In this document: positions 29,578 through 42,601 of the stretch, piece by piece
Layout: every line of letters begins with the position of its first letter
Numbering within the stretch: position 1 is the stretch's first letter
Assembly (NCBI GenBank): GCA_964016885.1
Contig: OZ024754.1
Coordinates: 6,820,001 to 6,884,000, forward strand
Source of the DNA: Eledone cirrhosa
Lineage: Eukaryota
DNA: 64,000 nt
Reading direction: 5' to 3'
Program-made: the position numbers and the translations under genes
Notes under the pieces: generated by a model
The model's input: only the letters and a program-made list of their open reading frames with translations
Told to the model about the DNA's origin: nothing
Databases searched by the model: none

Positions 29578-29860
29578 CTAAGTACGTGTTTTTAAAAAAA
29601 GCAACAGGGTTTTACAAAATAATAGCACAGGTGACTAACCGTTTTAACTGTGTATGTTTCGAGTTACTTAAAATATACTTTCTACAGTTGAAATATTACT
29701 TCTTCCCGTGTATTTTGGAGAAAAATTAGAGAAATAAGCCAGCTACTTGTTCGATACAAATCAAATGTCTGCTTTGTCGGCTTTGATCTCTCGATCACAG
29801 TGGCGGCGGTGGCAGCTGTAGAACATGTGCCCCTTTGTGCGCGTGCGCAAAATCAAGAGG
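29578..29860 (-). promoter_or_regulatory. Probable housekeeping promoter and non-coding first exon, most likely of IARS1
   Basis: Local CpG-rich patch with an NRF1-like TGCGCGTGCGCA (~29838-29849) and a strong minus-strand donor TAG|GTAAGTC at 29578/29577. The IARS1 ATG exon has an acceptor at 6102 and so needs an upstream exon. The link between them is inferred. Confidence 0.5.
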
Positions 29861-30111
29861 AGGTAACTCCCGGCAACTTAATAGCATCGCAGTAAAACTC
29901 TTCTTTCTAAGAAATTGTCTGTGTACTTTCAACTTCGTAACTTGTTTTTCAATTTCATTTGTGTGCGTACACATACATACACGCACACACCACACACACA
30001 CATATATATATATTTGTGTGTGTGTGTGTATGAAATGCTTTGCGTTCTGAGTCTAAAACTTGTCGAAGTCGATTAAAAACAGTACCAATCCGGTACTTGG
30101 ATCCATTCTTC

Positions 30112-30155
<44 letters not shown>

Positions 30156-30934
30156 GTAAAGAGCCAGGACCCCTACGGCTGAGTTCCGGCCGTTTCGACA
30201 GCTAGATCCAAACAGTTCGGATCTAGCTGTCGAAACGGCCGGAGCTCAGCCTGACTCTTTTCATATTACCCACTCTACCACCCGAAGTATCGAGTACTCT
30301 GGTGCATTAGAGTCCACCTTGTATTTTACCTCAGCTTTGTTATAATATATATATATATATAGAGAGAGAAAGATCTTTCCTCCAGTATTATCATTAGTAC
30401 TGGGATGGAGATAGGCTCCGCTCCGCCAAACCTAAAATAATTCCGAAAACACTACGTCACTACGGCACCGTTACGACTCCATCAGGTGTTACGCGCGCAC
30501 ACACACACACACATACACACATCCATTCATAATATTAGCATAAGTCTCAAAGCAATTCAGTGTGTGACAAATCTAACCCTTTGAATTACAAATACAGTTC
30601 TTCCAATAGTCTCGCAAACAATTTCTATCAACCTAGTTTCGCTTACTATGCATGAGTCAACATGAAGTTATAATAAATGACATTTGCCCAACATTGCCTG
30701 CTGTAGGATTGAACCCAGGACCTAATGATTGTAAAGTGAACTTCTAAACCATTTAACTATGTTGCCTCCTTCAGTAAATTACGAGTAGGGGTGTACTGAA
30801 AGCAATTCTCTCAATGTCATCACTTCCTGTTTTAAATTATTGATGTGACACATAAATGTGAAGTCATGCATACAAGGAATAATTTAACAGTTGACATTTA
30901 CCAAGTCTATACAAATATATATATATACCATATG

Positions 30935-30981
<47 letters not shown>

Positions 30982-31033
30982 TCATCATCATCATCATCAT
31001 CGTTTAACATCCATCTTCCACGTTAGCATGGGT

Positions 31034-31059
<26 letters not shown>

Positions 31060-31064
<5 letters not shown>

Positions 31065-31370
31065 TGCCTCCTCGTTATCGAGTATGGCCATTGCATGATA
31101 TACCATTATTAATAATTATTAATTAATTCTATCGTGCAATGCCTGTGCGTGAAGATATTTTTTAAAGTGAGGAAAGACTGTGCACTGAGCCAATCCCACT
31201 CTCTGAGCAACAGTAGCTATAACCCGAAAAGAAGAAAAGATCATCATCATCGGTAACTACTGAGCTGCAGGTTTTATATCGGAGTTATCCCAGTTTCCTG
31301 AGTTGCCTTCTCCTAGAAGAATGCCCTGACAAAGGCTAGGGGTCCTTCACTCCCAGTGATTTAACCGTGC

Positions 31371-31372
<2 letters not shown>
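31060..31372. mobile_element. Unclassified interspersed repeat; diverged copy at ~4800-5095
   Basis: Both start tgatggctgc and share ccaatcccactxtctgagca and ttctcctagaa blocks. Confidence 0.55.
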
Positions 31373-31438
<66 letters not shown>

Positions 31439-33286
31439 AAAAAATCTTCCTTCAGATAATTCCTGTTTGTTTGTTTATTTTATCTGCATAATATGACTTT
31501 ATAGATGAGCTGTGGCTCATCATCCTTGATGTGATCTGGTTTTATTGGGTGTTTCAGATCAATCCTGGCAACTGACTTGGTAAACACCCACAAAGTTGTT
31601 AACCATCTTGCCAACAACAACCCTGAGTACCTTTTTGATTTCCATGTGTCTAACACACGTGGACATGCCCACAAAGTCAGAAAACAGCACAGTTCCTATG
31701 ACTTTCGGAAACATTTTTTCACGCTCAGAGTTGCTGAAGCATGGAACAAACTACCTGCATCAGTTGTTAGTTGTCGTGACACTGCATCCTTTAAAACCTC
31801 CATGCTTCCCGAGATTTGGGGCAGACTATCTTTTTCCCACTTATTCTCCTCATTTAATAGTCTCTCGTAGTGACACTTCCAGGCTATCTTCTTATCAGCA
31901 TCAGTGAGGGCAAGTACATCGTTATCATTACGGACACACTTCTCCCCGACAATATCACGGTTTTCCTTGACACATTGTCTAGCAATCCTATGTATACAAT
32001 AAATAATTGTGTCATAATGTTTGGATATTTCATCATTGATTCACACAGAAAATAATTAACATAAAATGTGTTTATAGAGTCAACTCACTCTCTCTTTCGA
32101 CATACAAAAGAATAGCCATGCCCCCACCCACAAATAATGATATATTTACTCCCCAGACGACCAAAACATACATCTATATATATACGCTACAATTTATGTA
32201 CATGTTATTTTTTTTATATCTTGGTTGATATTTGATAACAGTTAAACTAATCACTACAACAAAATTGAACAAATTTGCCCCCTCCCTCATTCAGAAATGA
32301 TTCGACCATCCCTGTATTTCTCCTGATTCCAGACCCTAGAGAATTGTGTCATAGGAAGTTCTTTCCATCAATAATTCCTTGTGTTAAATATATTATGTTC
32401 AAACCGGCCAGAATTCTCTACCCTTTTCTGTTGAAACTGGCTGTAACTGGTCACTCAAACTGATGTTCTCAAAATAAATACTTTCAAAATCTCATAGATT
32501 CGATATTATGAGAGGTAAAGCCTTTACCATGAAAATATAATAGTATATATAGAGTAATGTGAATGCTAAAGGGTTAACGTGTCATCGATACAAATAATTA
32601 TACTCTCTCAAGCTATTTATAATTTAGTTCCAGGTAGAGTCACTATTTCTCCGAATAGAGAGATCACAGCTCCGATACTATGGGCATGTTGTTAAAATGT
32701 CTCAGGAAAGAATCGCTGAACAGATTTTGCAGGCAAAACCAGCCAGCAGGGGATTCAGCCGGAGACAGTTGCTTCTGACAGGACCCACTGGAAGGAGTGT
32801 TTGAGGACTCTGACACGACACCATCTCAGGAATAAGTGGGCGAAGATGTTTTTGATTTCTGAATTGAATCAGCACAATTATCACTATATAAAGCTGGTGA
32901 AAGGAACGTGATCTGTGGTGACTTGTACATGCCACCACTATTCACTTAATAACGTAATTAGATGCTTTATAGAGGCATGCACGGCTGTGTGGTTAAAGAG
33001 TTTGTAATCATGTGGTAATCATGTGGTTTCAGGTTCAATCTTACTATATGGAATCTTAGGCAAGTCTTTTTACTGTAATCTAAATGGTCAAATGTCAGTA
33101 AAATTTGGTTGTGGACTTAGCAAGGTCAACAGATTAAGAAGTTCACTTCATAATCATAAACTTCCTGGCTGGATTATACTGCATGGTATCTTGGGCAAGT
33201 CTTTTTACCATAGTTATTGAGTACATGCAAAGGTGATGAAAAGTGCTGCTTCATTTTGACTAAGTTGTATACAAAGCCATGTATAA

Positions 33287-33345
<59 letters not shown>

Positions 33346-33422
33346 TTCACTACTTCTTCCTCCCATTTTCTCTCTCTTTTTCTTTCTCGTCCTCCTAATC
33401 TTTCTCTATCTATCCCCCCACA

Positions 33423-33502
<80 letters not shown>

Positions 33503-33599
33503 CTCTCTCTCTCATTTGGTCATTCTATGAGAGTATCTTGGTCAGCCTATGAACTTTTCAGGCAACCCTCATAGTTAAATAAATATACACACATAAATG

Positions 33600-33725
33600 T
33601 TACAGATAAGATAATATCTCCTTTGCCATCTGTGAGATTCTCAAACTTTGAATAGAGCAAAATACTCCATTTAAGAACTGGTCCTAAGTTGAACTTCCAC
33701 AGCTCCCTCACTGCTAACAACACCG
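33600..33725 (+). other. Candidate 5'UTR exon of the secreted-protein gene
   Basis: Unique sequence ending in a consensus donor CCG|GTAAGT at 33725; the ATG exon at 36017 has an acceptor and needs an upstream exon. Start position uncertain. Confidence 0.4.
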
Positions 33726-33864
33726 GTAAGTACCACCCCTTATAAACAGGGTATCCAATACATTACTCCTCTTTTCCCCCTTATAACTTGTAACAAATTA
33801 TATATACCACAACTTTGGAACTCTATACTTAGCACGACTGGAATATTTATGGTATAACAGAATT

Positions 33865-34447
33865 AAACACACATACACAAGTACACAACCACAAATACAC
33901 ACACACACAAATACACAAGTACACAACCACAAATACACACACACACAAATACACATACACAGGTACTCAACCACAGATACACACACACACAAATACACAT
34001 ACATAAGTACACAACCACAAATACACACACAAATACACATACATAAGTACACAACCATAAATACACACACACAAATACACATACATAAGTACACAATCAC
34101 AAATACACACACACACACACACACAAATATACATACATAAGTACACAACCACAAATACACACACACACACACACACACACAAATACACATACATAAGTAC
34201 ACAACCACAAATAGACACACACACACAAATACACATACATAAGTACACAATCACAAATACACACACACACAACTACACATACATAAGTACAAACACAGAA
34301 GTACACACACAAATGCATATACAGAAGTACACACACAAGTACACATACACAAGTACAAATACACAAGTACACACACACAAATACACATATACACACACAC
34401 ATAAGTACACACCCACAAATGCATATACACATACACAAGTACATATA
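33865..34447. repeat. AC-based compound minisatellite
   Basis: acatacataagtacacaaccacaaatacacacac units. Confidence 0.9.
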
Positions 34448-34752
34448 CGCATTGTCTCGGTTTTACTTTGTTTCCTTCATACTCTCAGTCATAGAAAAAC
34501 AGACATAAATCGAATGATGGAAATAATGTTTGATGATGCTGATATATATATATTATTTTTGCGAGGTTTTTGATATGAAATCGTGTGTCGAAACAAATAT
34601 TGTTATACTTGGGGAGGGTCATATTTGTGTAATATTGCCAGAATTAATAACAGAACACACTCACTGTTTGGTTGGTTTTCGCTTTTCGCTTCTGTGTCTT
34701 TTATATCGGTAAACTAATTTATTCGGTCCTCAATGTTGCCATTGACTGACCA

Positions 34753-34916
34753 ACGGTCAAAAATACAGATACAATATAGACACAAACACATATATATAGT
34801 TTATCGGGAGGAAACAATAGCACCACTGACGATGTTGAAGATGTGCAACGAAAGAACTTTGATAAACTATATATATGTGTTTGTGTCTATATTGTATCTG
34901 TATTATTTTTGACCGT
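34753..34916. mobile_element. Fold-back element, ~50-bp arms, with degenerate hammerhead core in the spacer
   Basis: acggtcaaaaata...tagtttatc / gataaacta...atttttgaccgt; the spacer has CTGACGA-T-GTTG..CAAC-GAAA. Confidence 0.7.
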
Positions 34917-36018
34917 CCACCACCACCACCACCACAACAACAACAACATCAACCACATCAACAACATCAATCACAACAACAACAGCCACAACAACAACAG
35001 GAACAATAACAACATCATCAGCCACAACAACCACATCGCTACCACCACCACCACCACAACAACAACAACAACATTTCATTCTTACATGTTCTATAAAATA
35101 AAGTACCAGTAATGCACTGAAGTTGACTTAATCGATTCTTCTCCCACAAATTGTTGACCTTGAACCTTAATGAGAAACCATTAAGGACGGTAGATTTTGG
35201 CAGTCCTGGTAGAACGTTGGACAAACTGCTTTGTTGTATTTAGTTACGACTTTCTAGGTTCGGAGTTCAAACTCCACTGAAGTTCATTTTGCCTTTCATT
35301 CTTACAAGTTCGATAAAATTAAGTACCAGTAATGCACTGAAGTTGATTTAATCGATTTCCCCTAGCCCTAAACTGTTGACTTTGTACCTATATCAGAAAC
35401 CATTATCTATTTCTCTAGGGTGGTGGATTGTCAGTATCGGTAGAGTGTCAGACGCCATGCTTTGCAGCATAGAGTTACGTCCATTGTATCTAAATCAGAA
35501 ACCATTATTATTTATCATCCTAGGTGGATTGACGGTATCAGTAGTGTCGAACAAATTGCATTGTGACATATAGTTACTTCCCTTGGACCTAAAACAGAAA
35601 CCAATAGTATCCATCAGTCTAGGTTGGTGGATTAGCAGTATTGGTAGAGGGTCGGACGCCATGCTTTGCAGCATAGAGTTACGGCCCTTTGCGGTCTGAG
35701 TTCAAATCCTGCTGAGGTTAGCTTTGCCTTTCATCCTTGCGGAGTCGATAAAATAAAGTACCAGTAATACACTGGGATAATTGCTGGCCTTGTGCCAAAA
35801 GTAGAAACAATTATTATCTATCTGGGTAGGGCGGTGGGTTGGCAGAATCGGTAGAGTGTCGGACGTGTACGCCATGCTTTGTGGCCTATAGTTACGTCCC
35901 TTGTACCTAAATCTGAAACCAATATTATCGATCACTCCCAGTACACAGCAATGGCTGTCACATCACTAACAGAAGGAATCAGGTTTAGTTGAGAAGGTTT
36001 TTTTGTCTTTTTTCAGCC

Positions 36019-36073
36019 ATGAAGACATTGTTTATTGTTGTGGCTGTGTTGAGTTGTTGGAATAACACTTCAG
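36019..36073 (+). CDS. Uncharacterised secreted protein, coding exon 1 (signal peptide)
   Basis: ttttgtcttttttcag acceptor, then CC-ATG: MKTLFIVVAVLSCWNNTS(G), a basic-hydrophobic-small signal-peptide pattern; donor CAG|GT, phase 1. Confidence 0.75.
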
Positions 36074-36094
36074 GTCTGTGGAATATTGTGAGGT

Positions 36095-36202
36095 TACTGT
36101 TGTTGTTGTGGCTGTTGTTGTTGTGGTTGATGGTGTTGTTGTTGTTGTGGCTGTTGTTGTTGTTGTTGCTGTTGTTGTTGTGGCAGTTGTTGCTGCTGCT
36201 GC

Positions 36203-36253
<51 letters not shown>

Positions 36254-36658
36254 GGCTGTTGTTGTTGTGGTTGATGTTGTTGTTGTTGTTGTTGTGGTTG
36301 TTGTTGTTGTTGTGGTTGATGTTGTTGTTGTTGTTGTTGTGGCTGTTGTTGCTGTAGTTGATGTTGTTGTGGCTGATGATGTTGTTATTGTTCCTGTTGT
36401 TGTTGTTGTGGCTGTTGTGGTTGATGTTGTTGTTGTTGTTGTTGTGGCTGTTGTTGCTGTGGTTGTTGTTGTGGCTGTTGTTGTTGTTGTTGTTGTGGCT
36501 GTTGTTGCTGTGGTTGTTGTTGTGGCTGTTGTTGTTGTTGCTGTTGTTGTTGTGGTTGATGTTGTTGTTGTTGTTGTTGTTGTGGTTGTTGTTGTTGCTG
36601 TTGTTGTTGTGGTTGATGTTGTTGTTGTTGTTGTTGTGGTTGTTGTTGTTGTAGTTGA

Positions 36659-36692
<34 letters not shown>

Positions 36693-37085
36693 GCTGTAGT
36701 TGATGTTGTTGTTGTGGCTGATGATGTTGTTATTGTTCCTGTTGTTGTTGTTGTTGCTAAGGATGATGTTGCCGTTATTGTTCTTACTCTTGCTGTTGCT
36801 GTTGTAGTTGTTTTAATAGTGACGGTGGTGGCTGTGATGATGATGATGGTGTTGGCATTTGTGATGGTGTTAGTGGATGTGGTGGTGGTGGTAGTAGTAG
36901 TGGTGGTGGTGGTGGTGGTAGTGGTTGTGGTGGTGGTAGTAGTGGTAGTGGTGGTGGTGGTAGTAGTAGTGGTGGTGGTGGTGGTAATTGTAGTGGTGGT
37001 GGTGGTGGTGGTGGTAGTGGTTGTGGTGGTGGTAGTAGTGGTTGTGGTGGTAGTAGTAGTGGTGGTGGTAGTAATGGTGATGGTA
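36095..37085. repeat. (GTT)n/(GGT)n cryptic microsatellite, ~1 kb
   Basis: Directly visible; starts just after the signal-peptide exon. Confidence 0.95.
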
Positions 37086-37371
37086 TTAGAATATATTGTT
37101 AATGTGGTTTAGTACGGTAGAGAATGTTAAGAGTTTATAAGGAAGAAGCTAAATTTATAAATGGGGGTACACATTCAAAATGAGTACGTTTAATACAGTT
37201 ATTTTTTAATAAGGTAGAAGCTAAAGTAATAAATGGGGTATACATTCAATTTGGGTACGTTTAAATACAGTTTAGTTTAATAAGGCAGAAGCTAACAGAG
37301 TAAACTTATTTCTTTCTAGCTTTAGATACATTTGATAAAGTTTATATTAAATCTTGCTCTGTTTGTTTCAG

Positions 37372-37393
37372 GTTGTGGACATTATGAAGCAAG
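37372..37393 (+). CDS. Secreted protein, 22-nt micro-exon
   Basis: gtttgtttcag acceptor and AAG|GTAAGC donor; reads (G)CGHYEA(R), bridging phase 1 to phase 2. Confidence 0.7.
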
Positions 37394-38064
37394 GTAAGCT
37401 TTGAAATTGAGCCTAATTCTCATTGAAGCTGTTTGTAGTACTTTATAGAGTGCTGGAGGCAGTAAGATGGTAGAGTCGTTAGAACATCGGATAGAATGCT
37501 TTGCAGTGTTTGTTCCGGCACTCTGCACTCTGAGTTCAAATCATACAGAGCTACTTTGCCTGTCAGCATTTCGGAGTCGATAAAAAAAATACCAGTTAAG
37601 TGCTAGGGTCAATTCTTCTATTTCTCTTTCTCATTCCCCCTCACTTTCTTTCTTTCTTCTCTCTCCCCTTTCCTTTCTCTTTTTCTCTCTTTTCTTTCTC
37701 CCACTCCCTCTCTCCATTCTCTCTCCCCTCCCCTACCCCCTCTCTCTCTCTTTCTCTCTCCCTTACAGAGAGGAGACAGGAGAAAGGAAGAGTGAAAATG
37801 AGCGAGAGGGAGAGAAAGAGAAAAAAAAAACAGAGAGAGAGAGAGAGAGAGAGATAAAAGGTTTGCTAATATTTCGAGGGAAAATTTATAATTGTTTCTA
37901 CTTCTGACACAAAAGATTTATAATGGCAAGAAGCAATGAAAATATCAGGATGCAGAAGGGAGATAACTCTAATGACTCTCAAAATTACTAAGAGTCATTA
38001 GAGTTATCTCCCTTGTTCATCCTGGGTATTGTATCGTTGAGCAAAACACTTTATTTTACGCTGG

Positions 38065-38076
38065 GAAAGAGTGAGA

Positions 38077-38162
<86 letters not shown>

Positions 38163-38276
38163 AGAGATAGAAACGGAAGAGAGAGAGAGAGAGGTAGAAA
38201 GATAGATAGAGACAGAGAGGGAGAAGGAAGAGAGGGAAGGAAGATAGCTAGATAGAGATAGATAGATAGAGAGAGA

Positions 38277-38361
<85 letters not shown>

Positions 38362-38516
38362 AAAAGAGAGAAAGAGAAGGAAAAGAGAGAAGGAAGAAAT
38401 AGTGAGAGAAAGAGAAGGAAGAGATAGAAACGGAAGAGAGAGAGAGAGAGAGAGGTAGAAAGATAGATAGAGACAGAGAGGGAGAAGGAAGAGAGGGAAG
38501 GAAGATAGCTAGATAG

Positions 38517-38580
<64 letters not shown>
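38065..38580. repeat. (AG)n purine tract with internal duplication
   Basis: The block gaagagatagaaacgg...gatagctagatagagatagata occurs twice. Confidence 0.9.
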
Positions 38581-38581
<1 letters not shown>

Positions 38582-38648
38582 ATTGATGCAGTGTGATATT
38601 TTCTATGCTAGAGAGAACATTGATGCAGTGTGATATTTTCTATGCTAG

Positions 38649-38738
38649 AGAGAAGCCAAACAATGATCTGACACGGTCCAGTGAACCACATCACCAGACC
38701 ACACAAGACACAGATGAAGTTTCACAGAAAATTATGAG
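38649..38738 (+). CDS. Secreted protein, coding exon 3
   Basis: EKPNNDLTRSSEPHHQTTQDTDEVSQKIM(R); tag acceptor, GAG|GTAAAT donor; phase 2 to phase 2. Confidence 0.7.
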
Positions 38739-39415
38739 GTAAATTTAAAAATTGATTTTTATTTCTCTCTGTGTGAAGTATATAATCCCTTTGGAGTGAA
38801 GATTGTTGATTTATTGAAACCCCCCAACATTTATGTTTTATTTATTATAGCACCACTACTACCGCCACCACCACCAGCATCAACACCACCAACAACAAAA
38901 ACAATACCATCACCACCACCACTACCGCTGCCACCACCGGCACCACCACCAACAACATCAACAACATCAACACCATCACCACCTTAAACAATAACAACAT
39001 CATTAACACCAGCAACAACAACAACAACAATACCATCACCTACAACAACAATGCCATCACCACCATCATCATCGTCATCAACAACAACACTATCACCACC
39101 AAAACCACCATCAACACCAACAATAATACCATCACCACCACCAACAACAACAACACTATCACCACCACCACCACCACCAACAACAATACCATCAACCCAA
39201 CAACAACAACACTATCACCACCATAACCACCATCACCAACAACAACAATACCATTAACACCACCACCACCAACAACAACAACACTATCAACACCAACAAC
39301 ACCACCATCAACACCACCAACAACAACAACACTATCACCACCATCAACAACACCATCACCACCATAACCACCACCACCTATACAATCTGACTATCCAAAG
39401 TTTTCTCCCTCCCAG

Positions 39416-39509
39416 AGCTACCACACAGGCGCCCCTAACACCTGACCAACTTATTCAACAACTTAAGAATCGACTCAATGATTTGGAACAGAAGATTGCT
39501 TCAAACAGT
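39416..39509 (+). CDS. Secreted protein, coding exon 4 (coiled-coil-like)
   Basis: ATTQAPLTPDQLIQQLKNRLNDLEQKIASNS; ttttctccctcccag acceptor, GTAAGT donor. Confidence 0.8.
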
Positions 39510-40008
39510 GTAAGTACCTCAGTCACATGACATACCTTCTATATTCCACACCATCTAAGTACCTCAATCATACGCCATACCTTCTATATTCCACACCATC
39601 TAAGTACCTCAGTCACATGACATACCTTCTATATTCCACACCATCTAAGTACCTCAATCATACGCCATACCTTCTATATTCCACACCATCTAAGTACCTC
39701 AGTTACACGACATACCTTCTATATTCCACACCATCTAAGTACCTCAATCATACGCCATACCTTCTATATTCCACACCATCTAAGTACCTCAGTTACACGA
39801 CATACCTTCTATATTCCACACCATCTAAGTACCTCAGTCACACGCCATACCTTCTATATTCCACACCATCTAAGTACCTCAGTCACAAGACATACTTTCT
39901 ATATTCCACACCATCTAAGTACCTCAGTCACACGCCATACCTTCTATATTCCACACCATCTAAGTACCTGAGTCACAAGTCTTGCCTTCTATATTTCACA
40001 CCATCTAA
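39510..40008. repeat. 45-bp minisatellite, ~11 units
   Basis: taagtacctcagtcacatgacataccttctatattccacaccatc. Confidence 0.95.
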
Positions 40009-40025
40009 GGACCACAGAAGCCAGC

Positions 40026-40139
<114 letters not shown>

Positions 40140-40142
40140 ATA

Positions 40143-40345
40143 TGGGAAAAGAGTCAGTCAGGACCCCGACGGCTGAGCTCCGGTCGTTTCGACAGCTAGA
40201 TCCGAACTCTAGCTGTTGAAACGGCCGGAGCTCAGCCGTCGGGGTCCTGACTCTTTTCCTATTACCCACTCTATTACCCTAAGTATCAATTTCTCTGGTG
40301 TGTTATGGTCCACCTGGTATCTTACCACATTTTCTTTATTGTTAT
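40143..40345. mobile_element. (TA)n-flanked hairpin repeat family; further copies ~11150-11310, 27573-27745, 30157-30345, 54700-54830
   Basis: Shared gaccccgacggctgagctccggccgtttcgacagctag hairpin plus tail tacccactctaxxaccctaagtatcgagtactctggtgcgttatggtccacctggtatcttaccac; every copy adjoins TA runs. Confidence 0.8.
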
Positions 40346-40373
40346 ATATTTGTATGTTTAATATTTTTTGCAG

Positions 40374-40601
40374 GAGACGTTCTCAACAATTACCCAAATA
40401 TGGCAACTGGTCGGAGAAGCACACAAACTTGGAAGCAGTGCATTCAACTATGTGCTGAACCTGTTCACGAAACTCAGTCGAGAGGCGATCCAACTACTAA
40501 AGTCTAATGACGCAAACACTGCCCATGGTCATATGGTGAAGGCAGTGAAAAGTCTGTTGCAGTCTCTTGAAGAAGCCGGTGTTATAAGAGATCGTAACTG
40601 A
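40374..40601 (+). CDS. Secreted protein, last coding exon
   Basis: ttttttgcag acceptor; ETFSTITQIWQLVGEAHKLG...SLEEAGVIRDRN*, matching ORF 40368..40601. Spliced CDS is 489 nt = 162 aa plus stop. Confidence 0.8.
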   Translation, partial: ETFSTITQIWQLVGEAHKLGSSAFNYVLNLFTKLSREAIQLLKSNDANTAHGHMVKAVKSLLQSLEEAGVIRDRN

Positions 40602-41210
40602 TACAGATAATGTATGTTGTATGAGTAATAGATATAAGGTGCACTGTGATGCAGTAACACTACAGGTTTCGATGTACTAGACATGACAGCTCTGTTATTT
40701 GTATGTCTGTATGTCACATGATTTTTTTTGTGAAATTTTTTTGTTGAAATTTTTAACAAATTCCTGTTTCTAGTTGTGCCCAATTTGGATCCATACATAC
40801 ATACATACATACATACATACATACATACATACATACATACATACATACATACATGGTGGCTGCCAACTCGTTTTCGAGTACGGCCACTACTTTATATCCA
40901 TGTAGTAGAACCCCTACCGATGCGCTAAACGAGTGAGACTTTTTAGTCCAGCCAGCGACTTGAAAACTCTGGTACAAACACTACACTTGTGACAATTATT
41001 GACACATAGTGCTGGGCCCATGGTACCATGTGAGGACAAGTGCAGAGAGATCTCCAGATTTAAAGCAATGCCTGTGCCGTGAAGCTTTTATAGTGAGCAA
41101 AGGCACTGCACAAAGCCAGTCCCACTCTCTTAACCAAGATGATATTTACCAAAAAGAAGAACAATTCAACATCATTGGCTACCATCAGGGTTGCAGGTGT
41201 TATATCAGAG

Positions 41211-41241
<31 letters not shown>

Positions 41242-41483
41242 CATACATACATACATACATACATACATACATACATACATACATACATACATACATACAT
41301 ACATACATACATACAAATAACAGTTTAAAGTTTAAGCAAAGAATCGTCCTTTCACCCTTTATTAAACTTTAATCTGTTATTTTAATAAATATTTGCTCTA
41401 CGGGTTTTGTATATTTATATATATATATATATATTATCCTTATCGAGCCCTCTTCGGATTTTAGTCTTCACATTTTTTATTAT

Positions 41484-41531
<48 letters not shown>

Positions 41532-42175
41532 AGAGTGAATATGCTCACTTCACTCCAGCCTTAAGTATTGCAATTCTCTGTGAAACTGTTTACACAAATA
41601 AATAAATATAAACTCTACAAAACGTATTGAGTGCTTTCTATTGTTTCATTTATATATCCAACTACAATGTCTGTAACTTAAAGGTTAACTAATTTGATAC
41701 CAACCTGTCTAAAACCGCCTCTTGTTCAATGAAACAAATCCATCCATTTTAAAGGGTTTTTAACTAAATTAAACTTCTCAACATAACTTTACCTTTCTTA
41801 CGTTATGTTACAAATACCACCTTAATAAAGAAATTATTAATAATTTCACTAAATCCCTCCATATTCTTCAAATTGTAATTCTAATACAGTGTTGTTGTTT
41901 TTAGAATTACGGAAACAAAAGAGTTAAAGTCTGTCCCAAGCTCGAAGGCTTATCAGGCCTGAGCTTATCTCGATTTCATTGGCATTAAACGACCGAGAGT
42001 AAGCCCAGCCTCACTCCAAGCTGGGTTCACTGGAGTTTTTCTTAATAACACAATGCACCACACGATAAAGGAATCAAACTCACGACAAAATATCTGTCAT
42101 GCACTGGGGTTTGATTTAGTAAACTTTGCCCTTCCCCCAAATTTGCTGGCTTTGTGTCTAAATTAGAAATCAACA

Positions 42176-42366
42176 AACCTGTCAACTCTCCCCGTCCGAC
42201 GAGGATATCTCCCACCCACTTTGGGGTGGGTGAGAGATGTCTTCCCTTGTGAAAATGGATATAACTTCCATTATGTAAAATCTCCCCACTTTGCCTCATT
42301 TCTCCCCGTTTTGGGGGCACTTTTTTTCATGGTACTCCCCGTTTGGGTTTTTAGAGGTTGGCAGGT
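42176..42366. mobile_element. MITE (acctgtcaac/gttggcaggt ends); second copy at ~55770-56112 split by a SINE
   Basis: The same internal sequence (ggggtgggtgagagatgtcttc...gggtttttagaggttggcagg) occurs at both sites. Confidence 0.65.
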
Positions 42367-42601
42367 CAGAATCAATATTGGTAATATAGTTTCTACTAAT
42401 AGTAACTAAAATGGTTGTTGAGTAGAATTGAAACCAGCACCTTGGTGATACTAGTACTATAGTTTCGACTTATAATAATAGATTCCATGTGACTTAAATG
42501 TGTAAAGTAAATAGATAAAAAACAAAACAAAAAAAAAAGCCAGACGAAACTATTTTCGAATGGTATATGTCCAAATATACATATGTGTAATGTAGATGGA
42601 A

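Noticed and set aside
36078-37112. 344-aa poly-Val ORF and overlapping poly-Leu ORFs
   Set aside because: Translation of a (GTT/GGT)n microsatellite; the real exon ends at the donor at 36073.
37384-37393. ATG AAG CAA as the start of the plus-strand gene
   Set aside because: That frame reaches TGA soon after the 38649 acceptor; the signal-peptide exon at 36019 gives a fully consistent frame.
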